From an uncultured Gammaproteobacteria bacterium (GTDB lineage Bacteria > Pseudomonadota > Gammaproteobacteria > CAWCPV01), in contig CAWCPV010000007.1 of assembly GCA_963797555.1 (NCBI GenBank), positions 384,001-448,000 on the forward strand: 64,000 nt of DNA. Direction: 5' to 3'. A model generated the notes under the pieces. That model saw only the letters and a list, made by a program, of their open reading frames with translations. It ran no database searches and had not been told where the DNA came from. This document shows, piece after piece, positions 40,478-57,272 of the stretch (its first letter is position 1; every line of letters starts with the position of its first letter). The position numbers and the translations under genes are program-made.

Positions 40478-42256
40478 TTGGTTTCTCCCTGTTCGGAATC
40501 TGTTTCTGGCGTCTGGTCGGACTTGCTGCCGGCGCGCAGGGTAGCGAGCTGCTGGTAGTAACCCAGGGCGAACAAGCCCTGGCCTTCGAGGTCGAGGATC
40601 CGCGGCGCGCCGTCGCCCAGGCGGCTCATGACCTCCGCGATGCGTCCCTCGTACCACCAGGCCAGTCCCGCTTCGAGTTTGCCGAGGTGGTTGCGGGCGT
40701 TGGCTATAAGTCGGCCGAGGATGAGGCCGGGCGTCTGGCTGGCAGCGGCATAGTAGCGCTGCACCACGCCTGCCCCCACGTCGCCCAGCGCCGCGCGCTG
40801 GAGGTTGGCAAGCACGGCCAGCAGGCGCCCGCAGTGGTAGGCGGAGGCCGGGTGGTCGGGGTTGAGATAAGCGGTCATAGTCTTTGTCACCTCCGGGGTT
40901 AAGTCGGACGAAGTACGTCTTGATGAGGCCCATGCGGGCGTGGTTGAACGGCTGATCTTCGATAAGATCGGCGCGGCAGCGCGCCAGTGCCTGAGCCATG
41001 AGCGGTTGCGGAATTGGCAGGCGCTGCACGGCCACTTTCCACAGCGTGGCAGTGGTGGGAGCGGGCAAGTACTTTAGTTCGCGTACCAGCGCCCCACACA
41101 CAGCCATGAACTTCGGGTCGCGCGCCTGTCCTTTTCCGTCGCGGGCAATGACGGCGAGGTCTGCAAACCAAGCTTCGACGTTCGCTGCCAAATCCTCGAA
41201 GCGTCCCTCCATCCAGTCGCGTACCATCACCCGGCCAGCGGCCCCGGACAGGGTCAGGGCGTAGTACCGGTTATCGCCCAGGTCGGCGCGTTGGCCGCTG
41301 CGGATGGACTCCAACAGGCGCCGGACTGCTCCAAGCGCGGCGGCCTCGGTCTGCTCCGGAGTGTCGAAGCCGTACAGGAATCTCAACGGGTCATCCTCGG
41401 CCGGCACCTGCTCCTTGAACCAATGGGTCACCAGCGCATTGGCGAGTTTGCGCGAGTGGTTGCGGATCAGGTCGTTGAGGCCGTCGATATATTTCTGCGC
41501 AGCCTCGCTGCTCATGGCGGCGTTGGCCGATTGTTCCAAACCGAAGGAGTTGAACGCGGCCTTGTCGAAGCCGACCATCACGTCGCCCATCGCCAGCCCG
41601 CCCACCCCGGCAAGTCCGTTGATCTTCGGCTGGGTCGCCAAGGGGTGGACGGCCTCGCCGGTGAGAAAGCAGACCATCGCGTCGTTATCGGTCTTGGGAT
41701 CGGCGACGAGTTGGGGCTTGGGTTCGACAGCCTGTTCTTCCGCCAAGGTCAGCACGCCGCCATTCCCGCCACCATGCCTGGACCATCTCATCCAGACGAG
41801 GATCATGCGTCGACCCGCCAGCCGACCCAGTCGGAGGGTTGGCCTTCTGGGTGGCCAAGGCAGCGCGGAGTTCGGCCAGCCGGTCGGGGTCTTCCACAAG
41901 CGAGCCAAGGGCGCCAGCAGCGGGACCGTGGCGGCGGCCTCGCCCAGCAGGTGCACGAAGAAACGATGTCGCTCTTGGGCGGTTGCGACTTTCTTCGGCT
42001 CTCACCCGATTTGAACAGGAGCGCTGCCGTCTGCGCGGTCTCCACCAGGAAATGGCCTTGCCGCCGGCATTCATGCCGTGCATGTCCGGGCAGCGCGGCT
42101 GATCTTCCCCGCGTTTACCATCGCCCAACGGCAGCACGTTGAGAAAGCGCCCATCGGCGGTCAGTTCGACGCTCCAGCGCACCTCGCGGGTCTTGAACCC
42201 GGGCTCTGAGCCGGGCAGACGCCGTTCGGCATAGATCATGAGGGCTTGCAGCATGG

Positions 42257-42260
<4 letters not shown>
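40474..42260 (-). CDS. cas8c: Cas8c/Csd1, several frameshifts
   Basis: [29 protein letters not shown]. Confidence 0.88.
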
Positions 42261-46403
<4,143 letters not shown>

Positions 46404-46758
46404 CCTCCTCTGCACCCGCAACGTCGGAATGAGGGGGATCCCACCCCGCGGCCGCTTCCCTCGTTACCTCGCCCGCAGCGCCTTCAGCCAAAGCGTTCCT
46501 CCGCGCGTGGGCCGTTAGCGCGTCGGAGTTACGGGTGCCTAGAGCGAGACGCCGATTCGATCCCCTCACCTCAGGCGCCACCTCACGCGCCCTCCCTTCT
46601 GAAGGACCGAGCGAGCGGTTGTTTCGCAACGTCCACACAACGCCTTGAGCGCGCGTTCGTCCATCGACCAAGCTTGGCCGCGCCGCAAGGCATCCGCCGC
46701 GGCGACAAGTTGGACATTCGATGACTGCACGATTCCACGTCTCGTGCACCACTATGAA

Positions 46759-47544
46759 CTAATCCCTTCGACTCATCATCGCCTCGGTCCGTGCCGGAAA
46801 CAGCGCATTGAGTAGGAAAAGCAGCCGAAAGATCGCCGGCTTGATTACGATGCGCTTGTTCTTCTCAATGCCATCCGCAATTGCGACAGCGACTTCGTCA
46901 GAGGTAAGGGCATGGATTTGCGCAGCCCGTCTCGGCAACTTCTCGCGACTGCCAGGGTTGTGCTCCCAGTACGGGGTATCCACAGTACCGAATACCGCCA
47001 ACGTCACGCCGATTCCCGAACCGTACAGGTCGGCACGTAACGCCTTTGTGAAGCCTTCAACCGCCCAACGTGCGGCCGTATATGCAACCGCGCCGGGCCA
47101 GGCGAGCCGAGACGCGACCGAGGTCACATTGACGATATGGCCCTTCCCGCGCGCGAGCATTCCACCCAGGAACTCGCGAGTGAGATTAAAGGCCGCCAGA
47201 TAAGGGACAGCCATCATCTGGGCTGCTTCCTCCGCGGTGGTTTCGAGGATTGGCAGCCAGCGGCCAGCGCCGGCGTTATTGACCAGAATGTCTGGGACGC
47301 CGAAAGCTGAAACGATCGCGGGGGCCGCCGTTGAAATGGCGTGCGGATCAGCAAGGTCCACGGCGTACACGTCCGCCTTGCCGCCGCGGGAGCGGATGTC
47401 CGAGGCGACTGCGTCCAGGCGTGCCTTATTCCGAGCAAGAAGAACCACTCTGCTCCCCCTTGCAGAGAGGGCGTGCGCGGTAGCTTCGCCGATCCCGCTC
47501 GACGCGCCCGTCAAGATAGACAACGCATTCCTGATTCTCGGCAC
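46759..47544 (-). CDS. SDR family oxidoreductase
   Basis: TGASSGIG, LVNNAG, YTAAR. Confidence 0.88.
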   Translation of the reverse strand: MPRIRNALSILTGASSGIGEATAHALSARGSRVVLLARNKARLDAVASDIRSRGGKADVYAVDLADPHAISTAAPAIVSAFGVPDILVNNAGAGRWLPILETTAEEAAQMMAVPYLAAFNLTREFLGGMLARGKGHIVNVTSVASRLAWPGAVAYTAARWAVEGFTKALRADLYGSGIGVTLAVFGTVDTPYWEHNPGSREKLPRRAAQIHALTSDEVAVAIADGIEKNKRIVIKPAIFRLLFLLNALFPARTEAMMSRRD

Positions 47545-47734
47545 GGCCTTCTACCCCCTCTACCACCTTCTACCTCGCTGACGTAATGCCTACTAAACGG
47601 GGACAGCAACCGTCGCGGGCGTTGGAAAACGCCGTTCATACCGTTACGGCAATGCCGGGCGCGGCACGGCGCGTCAGGGTTTGCGCTCGTGAGGCGCATA
47701 GCCGCAGTGACGGTCCCGGCGTTCTTTCTTTGGG

Positions 47735-48151
47735 TCATGGGCTGGAAACGGATGGATCCAGCACCTGCAGATCGTGGAAATAGCTGCGATAAAAGCCCCG
47801 GTCCCGTGTCAGCAGCCGATCGCATCTGGCCAATGCGTGAGCGGCGATCAGGAAATCCGCGGCGACCCGCCCGCGCTTGCCGCTCCGTTCCCTGTAGAGT
47901 CGCCATGCAGCCCCGGCTTTGATAGCAACGTCGCGTTCCACAGGCTGGAAGTCGATTCCGAGCGCGGTCATCGCGTGGAGGAAGACGCCCTCGTCCGGGA
48001 AAGCCGCCGCGGTCTCCGCCCACACAACCTCACACGCCACCACGGCACCCGCGGCCAGACACGAGCGGAGCGCGCGTGCCGAGATCTGTCCGAAGTTGGC
48101 GTCGGCCCCGAAGACATCGAGCAGAACATTCGTGTCGACCGCCGTGATCAT
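47735..48151 (-). CDS. vapC: VapC-type PIN toxin
   Basis: AVDTNVLLD, ADFLIAAHA, LLTRD. Confidence 0.85.
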   Translation of the reverse strand: MITAVDTNVLLDVFGADANFGQISARALRSCLAAGAVVACEVVWAETAAAFPDEGVFLHAMTALGIDFQPVERDVAIKAGAAWRLYRERSGKRGRVAADFLIAAHALARCDRLLTRDRGFYRSYFHDLQVLDPSVSSP

Positions 48152-48369
48152 TCCCTACCGCGAAGCTCCTGCATCACCGCGTCCGTCCCACGCTTCAGGC
48201 GCAGACAGCCGTAAACCTGCTCTACGGGGTCGGTCGAAGAGACCTTTACCGCAATCAACCGGCCGTCCGATGTATCAAAGTCGAGGACCGTCCCAGGTCT
48301 GATCCCAAGGCGTTCACGCAGGAGCTTGGGAATTGTGACCTGGCCCCGCTCGGCAACCTTCGCTCTCAT
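48148..48369 (-). CDS. AbrB/MazE-family antitoxin
   Basis: ERGQVTIPK..RERLGIRPG. Confidence 0.88.
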   Translation of the reverse strand: MRAKVAERGQVTIPKLLRERLGIRPGTVLDFDTSDGRLIAVKVSSTDPVEQVYGCLRLKRGTDAVMQELRGRE

Positions 48370-48687
48370 CTCACACGTCCTGCATGAAAAATCTCGTACG
48401 CAATCATACTTCGCAGTTCAGGACGCAGCAATTTGATGCACATACCATACATACCAGTAGGGCGGTCACGACCCGCGGCCCGATGTCGGACCGGCACACG
48501 CCTGGGAAATCGCAGCGGCGCACCGGACGAGCCGCGGCCGGTGGTGGTGCAGAGAGCGCAGCCAACGCCCAGCACAAGAAGGAGGGAGCATGATTTCCGC
48601 CTTGGGCGGCTCACGGTGTTATGGTGCCTTTGAAGCGCTCATCGGCCTGCTCCCGTCTTCCGCATGGCCTCTTCGGCCTTGTCGAGC

Positions 48688-51600
48688 TTATCCATCCTCC
48701 TCCGCGGCCTCGTCGTCGGCCTCGGGCGGGTCCCACCCCGCGGCCGCCGCGGCGGGCGTCGCGCGCGTGGCCTCTTCGGCCAGCGCCTTCAGCCGCACGT
48801 AGTCGACCTTGCCGCTGCCGAGCAGCGGCAGCTCCTCGACCTTCAGGATGGTCTTGGGAATGCTGAACTCCGCGATGCCCTGCTGCCTGGCGAAGGCGAC
48901 CAGCGCCTCGCGCCTGGCGTCGGCCTGGTCGGTGACCAGCACCAGTTGCTCGCCTTTCTTGGGATCGGGAAGGCTCACCACCGCGTGGGCGTGCTCCGGC
49001 CAGAGGTGCGACACGTAACCCTCCACCGCGGTGAGGGACACCATCTCGCCGCCGATCTTAGCGAAGCGCTTGGCGCGGCCCTTGATGACGATGTAGTCGT
49101 GATCCTCGATGGCGACGATGTCGCCCGTGTCGTACCAGCCGTCCTGCGGAGGCTGCAGCACCCCCGGCTTGTCGACCTGCAGGTAGCCCGCCATGACGTT
49201 CGGGCCGCGAGACCAGCAGCCTGCCGCCCTCTTCGATGCCCGGGATCGGCTCCAGGCGGCTGGTTATGCCCGGGACCAGCCTTCCTACCGAACCGGTGCG
49301 GTTCTGCATGGGGGTGTTGAGCGCGAGCACGGGACCGGTCTCGGTCGCGCCGTACCCTTCCAGGATGCGGATGCCGAACTTCTCGCTCCACAGGCGGCGC
49401 GTCTCGCCCTTCAGCCGCTCCGCGCCCGCGAACACGTAGCGCATGCTGTAGAAGTCGTAGGGATGGGCGAAGCGTGCATAGCCCGACAGGAAGGTGTCCG
49501 TGCCGAACATGATGGTGGCGTTGGTCTCGTAGGCCAGCTCGGGCACGATCCGGTAGTGCAGGGGAGAGGGGTAGAGGAAGGCGCGCACTCCGGAGAGGAT
49601 GGGAAGGATGGTGCCGCAGGTCAGCCCGAAGGAGTGGAACATCGGCAGCGCGTTGAACACCGTGTCGGTGGGGCCGAAGTCGATGCGTGACACTACCTGG
49701 TAACGGTTGGCCTGGAGGTTGGCGTGGGTCAGCACCACGCCCTTCGGAGCGCCCTCGGTGCCGGAGGTGAACAGGATGGCGGCCGCGGTGTCCGGGTCTC
49801 GCTGCCGGCTCGTGATCAGGTAATAGAGCTGGGGAATCCAGCGTCCCACCAGCCCCAGGACTTTGTCCAACCTTCCGATGCGTTCCCGCACGTCCTCCAG
49901 GTAGGCGAGGCGGACGCCGGCCCCCTCGATCGCCTTCGCCATGTCTGCCAGCCTCGCCATCTCCAGGAAGCGGCGCGATGTGTAGACGGTCCGGATGGCC
50001 GCCGACTGGCAACCGAGCACGGCGTTGCGGGTGCCGGTCGAGAAGTTCAGCATGGCGGGCACCCTACCGAAGGCATGCAGCCCGAAGAACGCGACGGCGG
50101 TGCCCGTGGCATTGGGGAGCAGCAGTCCGACGTGCTCACCGGGCCGGGACCCCGCGGCGAGGCGCCTTCCGAGAACGAAGCTCGCGGTGATGAGGCGGCT
50201 ATAGCCCAAGGGCTTGCGCTCAACGTCCTCCAGCACCGGATGGCGCGCTCCATGGGTCTTGCGCGCGTCGAGGAGCGATTGGAAGAGGGTGTGGCGGTAA
50301 TCGCTGCTCTCGAACAGCATCTCCGCCATCAGGGCGTACAGACGGTCCGCCGCGTACTGGCGCCTCTTGCGGCCTTTGATCTCGGCCGGTACGTCGAAAG
50401 TCCTCGGCTCCAGGAACTGGACGCGGATCTTGGGAAACCACCGGATGCGGACCTTCCCGCGCAGGCGCGAGAAGGGCGTGTACTGGGCGCCGTCGAGGCG
50501 CACCGGCAGCAGCATCGCCCCAGCCTTGTCGGCGACCAGACCGGGCCCCTCGTAGACCTTCATGAGCGAGCCCGTGACCGTGATCCGGCCCTCCGGGAAG
50601 ATGACCAGCTTCTCACCGCGCCGCACCGCCTCGATCAGCGCGCGGGTGGCCATGGGGTTAGTGGGGTCGACCGGGTGCGTCTTCGCCAGCCAGAGGAAGT
50701 AACGGATGAAGCTCTGCTTGGCGATACGGGTGTCGACGGCGAAGGTCAGCGGGTCGGGCACGTAGGCCGCGATGAGCACGGCGTCCAGGAACGAGAGGTG
50801 ATTGGCGACGATGAGCACCCGGTCACCGGCCTTGAAGTAATTCTTGATGCCCTGCACGTCCACCCGGTACAGCGTCTCGAGGAGCCAGGCGATCATCGCC
50901 TTCACCAGAGCGCCGGGTAGCAGTTGGGAGATGTATACGGCCACCCCGGCATTGAGGAGGGCCGTGACCAGGAACACCTGCGGAACCGAGAACCCCAGCT
51001 CCAGCATCCCCACCGTGGCCAGGGCCGACAGGACCATGAACGCCGCGTTGATGACGTTATTGCTGGCGATGTTGCGGGCCCGGTGGCTCGGCTCGCTGCG
51101 CTCCTGCAGCAGGGCGTAGAGCGGTACGATGTAGACGCCGCCGGACACCGCGATGAGCAGCAAATCCAGCAAGATCCGCCAGCTCGCGGCATGGGACAGG
51201 AACGCCCACGCACCGAGGAGCTGGCCTGGGGTGCCCAGGGGATGCCCGGTGGCGAAGAACAGGTCGATGGAGAACAGCGTGATGCCGACGGCGCCGAGTG
51301 GGACGTAGGTGGCGTGGATGGCCCCCTTGAGGAGCCGGTTGCAGAGCAGCAATCCGAGCGCGATGCCCACCGAGAACACGGTGAGGAAGAGGGTGACCAC
51401 TTGCTGGTCGCCCCCGACAACGTCCTTCGTCAGGCTCGGAAACTGAGCGAGGAAGGTCCCGCCGACGAGCCAGAACCAGGAAATGCCCAGGATGCACAGG
51501 AAGATGACCCGGGACGCGGCGGCGTGGCGGACGATGCGCCAGGTCTCCGACACGATGTTGTAGCTGACCTTGAGGTCGGGCGAGCCGGACTGGGTGGGCA

Positions 51601-52189
51601 GGATGTATCGGCTGGCCGCCCATCCGCCCACCGCGACCGCGAGCACCAGCAAGGAGACGATGGCGGCGCCGTGGTGCGCCAGGATGACCAGACCCCCGAC
51701 GATGGTGCCCAGCAGGATGGCGAGGAACGTTCCCGCCTCGATGAATGCGTTGCCCCCAATCAGCTCCTCCTCGCCGAGCTGGTCGGGAAGGATGCCGTAC
51801 TTGAGCGGACCGAAGAAGGTGGCCTGCGTGCCCAGCAGAAACAACACGGTCACCAAGAACGGCACGCTGCTGAAGTAGAAGCCGATGGCGGCGGCGAGCA
51901 TGATGAGGATCTCGGCCAGCTTGATCCATCGGATCAGCATGGCCTTGTCGTAGCGGTCGGCGAGCTGCCCCGCGGTCGCGGAGAACAGGAAGAAAGGGAG
52001 GATGAAGATGCCCGCCGCCAGCGTCACCATGACCTGCCCGTTCAGGTTGGTCCGGGCGGCCAGGACGTAGGTGATCAGGATCACCAGGGCGTTCTTGTAC
52101 ACGTTGTCGTTGAACGCTCCCAGGAACTGGGTCACGAACAGCGGCAGGAAACGGCGGGTCCCTAGCAGGGCAAACTGGCTCTCGCGCAC
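48688..52189 (-). CDS. aas: MFS - acyltransferase - acyl-ACP synthetase fusion (Aas-like), frameshift near 49200
   Basis: TQFLGAFNDN, NHLSFLD, FPEGR, FTSGTEGAPKG, EGYGATE, GWYDTGD. Confidence 0.92.
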
Positions 52190-52815
52190 GGTCGGGTCTC
52201 CCTACAGCAACTGGGGTTTCGGTCGAGTTGTCGTTTTCTGGGGTGCGGCGGGCGGCCGGGCTTCGCGGCTGTCGCCTTCTGAACCCAAGCATCGTATCGC
52301 ATCCGGGGCGGGCATGTGCATCATCGAGGGGTCCGGTGTTTGTCCTGCCGGGGCGCCGGCCCTCGATACGATGGGTCCCATGGCGTCGCGCCCAGCCGAT
52401 GAATACGGGGCGCTTCAGACCGGGTCCTCGTTCACCGGATTGGGGCGGCCATTGCGCTTCCCCTGGGCCTTTGGATTACGATCGTGCAGTCGGGCGGTGG
52501 ACCCGGCGAGATTCGAGAACTTGTGAATCGCTCTGCTGCGCGTCCTGACAGGCGCATTGCCGGGCCTGCGAGACTTCGGCTTTCGCCCCCATCCGGACCT
52601 TTCCCCATCAAGAGGGTGCCGACGAGAGCGCGGATCTCGCTCGCCCTCCACCGGGAAGGCGATGACGATTATGCAGTGGCAATCAATCTACGCGACCAAA
52701 GGGAAGGAGTAACAGCCTCGCGGCCTTGGGCGGTGCGCGGTTGAGCGTCGCCTTCGAGGCGTTCACCCAATGAGCCCCAGCTACGGGGGGGCGATTCGAC
52801 GTTGGAGGATGAGCA

Positions 52816-53569
52816 ATGACCGATAACACCCCATCTTCGGACCAGAGCAAGGACGAGGGCGACGCTTCCGGTTCCGCAACCTCCGCCGCCCCGGCGAATT
52901 CCAATGGCTCTCGGCAGTCCCTCGGCCCAGTCTTCTATATCCTGATGACGATCGTCGGGGCCATCATCGTCGCGGTCTTTCTAGGGCTCTGGATGAGTAA
53001 GCTTCCGGTGATCGACCAACTGAGAAACCCCGACTATGCACGGGGCCTGATCACCTTCTTGGTCTCCGTGGGCGCCGTCACGTTCGGCCTGATCCTCCTG
53101 ATAACCGCGCTGTTCGCCTCGGACCCGAAGATGGAGGACCAGAAGTTCCGGCGGGCACGGGAGACCTTCACGGTGTTCACCGGCATCCTCGGCACCATCG
53201 TCGGCTTCTACTTCGGCTCCGCAGAGAAAGGGGTCTCGAAGTTCGAATCTCGCAGTGACCCAGGAGTCGGCAGGAGACCACGTGCGCCTGACCGCACACG
53301 CGAACGGAGGGACGCCGCCGTACAGGTATGTGGTGCGCCCGCTCCACCCCGAACCCGCGGTATCCGAAGACGGGTGGTTCACTCTGCTGATCCCGCTGAC
53401 CGCGGAAAACAAGGGTCAGGATCTCTCCATCGAGGTAAGCGACGGCAAAGACCAGCAGGCCGTGAAGAAGCTGAGGCTCTTGGAGCCACGGGGCCAGGGG
53501 CCGAAAGCCCAGGCACCGGAACTGCCGGCGGGCGCAGGGCAGCCGCCGCCCGAGCGAGGATCCAAGTAG
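52816..53569 (+). CDS. Hypothetical membrane protein, frameshift near 53240
   Basis: Three hydrophobic segments ending GTIVGFYFGS; continues GGTPPYRY in another frame. Confidence 0.55.
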
Positions 53570-54088
53570 CGAGCCCCGGCGCCGCCAGAGGCGCCGCTCG
53601 TCCCCAGGCAGCCGAGGCTGCGCTGAGAACTACGGCGGACGGAGCGCGCGCCTGGGAGCAGCCCCGACGCGCCGGTCCAGCGGACGCCGCGCTTGCTCCG
53701 CACCACACCGTGCCGGCAATCGGCTGGACTTGTGGCTGTCATCCTCTTGGCAGATGATATGCCCCGGTGAGAGGCTATGGGGTGTGCGCGGCTGCGCTCA
53801 GTGGGGCAGGGCGCATGCCTCGTCCGGACTCGATAACGACAAAACGGGCAGCGACCAGACGACGAAGAAGGCCAAGCTTTGCCGAGGTGCTCGCCGAGCT
53901 TTGAGTCATGCCACGGTCCCGAGATCATTGAGGCTGTAGCAGCATACTCCCTCGGTGACGGCGGCGAGGCTGGGGGTGAAGCGGCGGGCCTGCGAGATTC
54001 GGTCCCGTCGGTGCAGTCCTGGCGGCGGCTAGGCCCACCAGGGCTGCGCACTGGTGTTCGATTAAGCGGGTGATGACAAAGGAGCGAG

Positions 54089-54901
54089 ATGATGAGCCAT
54101 TCCGACGAGTCGATTGAGAAACTCACCGAGACCGTCAACACTCTGGTCGTCGCTCTCGCGAAGAGCTAGAACCGATACCGATCGATGGAACGGGTCTACC
54201 GATGGATGGCGGCCGGTCTCGTCGGCCTGTCCTCGGTCGTGTTCTATCTCGCATTCAACGTCGCCACCGGCGCGCGCGCGGATACGCCGAACTCGGAATT
54301 GCAGCAGATAGCCTCTGCACTCAAGGACATGAGCGAGAACGGATTGATCGTGAACTGGCCCAAGACCATGCAGGCGTTGGGCCCAATCGCGCAAACCCTG
54401 TTTCAAACGGCCTTGGCGCCGGAGCACGCCCCCAACTGGGGATGGGGAACACGCTCGGGACCGCAACCGCCGGCAGCACCGCTACCGGTACCGCCGCAGA
54501 GGGCAGCGGCACCGCAGCCGCGGGCGGCCCAGCAGCCCCAAGTGACGGGCTCGACGGCGCAGGCCGGGCAGACCCCGCAGCCCCAGGCGCCGACGGGCCC
54601 CATAACGTTGGGCGAGGTCGTGCAGGATCTGGCGATCCTGATAACGAACACCAAGCAGGACTCGGACTGGTTGAGGCAGCACACACAACCGCCCACCGAA
54701 GTATCCGCCGAGCTGGCACAGATGAATGTGGCGCTCTCGGCAATTCCCGCCATGGCGGCCGACATGCATCAGATGGATATCGCCATGACCGCGGTGCCGC
54801 CCATGGTTGGCGAGATGCACCAAATGAACCTCTCGATGGGACTGATGTCCAGGTCCATCGGATCGACCATGGGACGCATGGGCCGCATGTTCCCGTTCTA
54901 G
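54089..54901 (+). CDS. Membrane-anchored Met-rich protein with an in-frame TAG at 54167
   Basis: AAAGGAG RBS, ATG 54089, one TM segment, Met-rich C-terminus. Confidence 0.6.
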
Positions 54902-54972
54902 CTAGCCGATCACGCTCGGGACACGGGGTCCTTTCTGGACCTCGCCCGCCCGCCGAGGTGCAAACACCCCAG

Positions 54973-55175
54973 ACCTTGTGAAGAAATCGTCGCGAGCGGG
55001 CCGAGAGCAGGCGCCCGGAGAGCAGGGAGGAGACTTATCGAATGGATAGGCGAGGAGCGACCGAATGGCAGGATAGCCATTCGGCACGTCCGCAGGACGC
55101 CCCAAAAGGGTGGCGTACAGGGAGGCACGCCATGACCGAATGGCAGGACAGCCATTCGGCACGTCCTCACAAGCT
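54973..55175. mobile_element. MITE-like element with IS1182-type ends and two CCGAATGGC..GCCATTCGG hairpin repeats
   Basis: ACCTTGTGAAG...CTCACAAGCT; ~33-bp units at ~55059 and ~55135. Confidence 0.6.
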
Positions 55176-55180
55176 CTGAG

Positions 55181-56803
55181 AGCCTGTGAAAAAATCCCCG
55201 AAGCCGCTGCAATGGTGTAAAGTTTCGCCGTTCATTTGTCCACCCAGGGGGGGCCGGAGCGAAGTGGACAACTCACTCTTTGACGAAGAGCAGGCACCGA
55301 TCCCGACCACTGAGGAGTGCAAGGGGCAAGCGGTGCGGAGTGCACCGCCGCGCTACCAGCGGCCCAACCGTGCCCAAGTCGAGCTGCGGGCCTGTGATCT
55401 GGAGGCGCTGATTCCCGAGGACCATCCGGTGCGCACGGTCTGGGCGTTCGTGGAAGGGATCGATCTTTCGCCCCTGTACCAGAGTATCCGGGCCGTGGAG
55501 GGACAAGCGGGACGCCCGGCGATTGACCCTGCCATCCTGATGGCGCTGTGGCTGTATGCGACCCTGGAGGGGGTGGGCAGTGCCCGGACGCTGGAGCGCT
55601 TGTGCCAACAGCATGATGCTTACCGCTGGCTGTGCGGTGGAGTGTCGGTCAACTACCACACGCTGGCGGATTTTCGGGTGGCGCAGGGTGCGTTTCTCGA
55701 CCATCAGCTCACTGTGAGTGTGGCCACGCTCATGTCCGAGGGGCTGGTCGCCATGAAGCGGGTGGCTCAGGACGGAGTGCGCATCCGCGCCTCGGCCGGA
55801 GCCGCCTCCTTCCGTCGTCAACCCACCTTGGAGAGCTGTCTTCAAGAGGCCCACGCGCAGGTCGAAGCGCTGCGCCAGGAGCTGCAAGACGACCCGGCAG
55901 CGACCTCCAAGCGCGAGAGAGCCGCCCGCCTGCGGGCAGCCCAAGAACGCGAGCAGCGGGTGCAGAAGGCGCTGGAGCAGGTTCCTCAGGTCGAAGCCAA
56001 GAAGAAGGCAGCGGAGAAGGCCAAGGCACGGGTCTCCACCGCCGACCCCGAGGCTCGGGTGATGAAGATGGCCGACGGCGGGTTCCGCCCGGCCTTCAAC
56101 GGCCAGTTTTGCACCGACACGGAAACCCAAATCGTCGTGGGGGTCGACCTCAACAATGAAGGCAGCGACCAAGGCGGAGATGGTGCCGATGCTCGGGCAG
56201 CTTGTCGAGCGTTATCAAGTGCTGCCTGAAGAGACCCTGGTCGATGGAGGCTTTGCCAACAAGCAGGCCATTGAAGCGGCCACCAACGCCGGCTCCACGG
56301 TCTACGCCCCGGTACAAAAGCCCAAAGACCCCGAGCGCGACCCCCACACCGCGCTGCCCGATGATAGTCCAGCGGTGGCCGCGTGGCGAAGCCGCATGGG
56401 CACCGAACAGGCCAAGGACATCTACAAGCAGCGGGCCTCCACCGCCGAGTGTGTCAACGCCATCGCGAGAAACCGGGGACTGCGCCAATTCACCGTGCGT
56501 GGACTGCAGAAGGTCAAAAGCGTGTTGCTGTGGTATGCCCTTGCCCACAACCTGATGCGGGCAGCCTTCTTGCGCCTGCAGCAGGCTGGCCAGCCACAAT
56601 ACAGCACGGCATAGCCCTTGAGATGAAGGGTTTGGCGCCTCGCGCGGGCGCCTGCGAAGGACCCCACCTCGCTTGGGCGCGAGCAAGTCCGGGTTCGACC
56701 CGATGCAGCACCAAAGCTATATCATGCTCGGCTAATATTCTTTCGTCACCTCCCAGCGATCTTGGGTCACCTGAACCGCGGAGATTCGATAAATTCACAA
56801 GCT
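55181..56803 (+). mobile_element. IS1182-family insertion sequence
   Basis: Ends AGCCTGTGAA / TTCACAAGCT, CTGAG direct repeats on both sides, transposase inside. Confidence 0.85.
55264..56614 (+). CDS. IS1182-family transposase, frameshift near 56170
   Basis: LIPEDHPVR, GRPAIDP, NYHTLADFR, AQDGVRIRA, DPEARVMK, DGGF, YKQRASTAE, ALAHNL. Confidence 0.85.
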
Positions 56804-57272
56804 CTGAGTACCCCCTGGATCGGGCGCACGAGCCCCGCGCTGGCCAACACCGGCCATGCCGCGTCGGAGAGTGCCTATCATGGGGGGAGGCCGCGGAGGG
56901 CGAGCGAGATGCTCGATTCGCTCGGCAAGCTGATCGACATCGACCACTAAGGTGTTGGAATCCAAGGGCATGGAACTGGAAATACGATCAAACTGGGCGA
57001 AATCGTTTCGGCCGGAAGATTACGGTAGAACATGGATTGGTCGTAACCCGGGACCAGAAGGACTAGCCCGACTGGCCAGCCATCGGCTTCGCGCACAGCT
57101 CTTTTCGGCCGGCCTCGTTGCCGGCGGCTCCGGCTCCGGATGACCGCGAAACGCAGCGCATGCCGCGGCCCTCCGGGAATCCGCCATCGATTCGGGTAGC
57201 GCCCGTCCGATGGCCACTGGAAACGATGCGCCGGAAGGGCGCCACGATACGACATCGGGAGGACCCGCAAAC

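Noticed and set aside
39695-41956. Apparent 753-aa Cas8c-Cas7 fusion
   Set aside because: It is produced by frameshifts; cas8c ends at 40474 and cas7 has its own RBS and ATG at 40477
52700-52815. attC-like site before the 52816 gene
   Set aside because: GTTGGAG is present but no convincing matching inverse core or stem
54167-54169. Pyrrolysine readthrough
   Set aside because: No pyl genes or other supporting evidence; mutation or sequencing error is simpler
55059-55167. Two 33-bp palindromic repeats as a second CRISPR array
   Set aside because: Only two units, no ATTGAAAC-type end, no cas genes, and enclosed by IS-like ends
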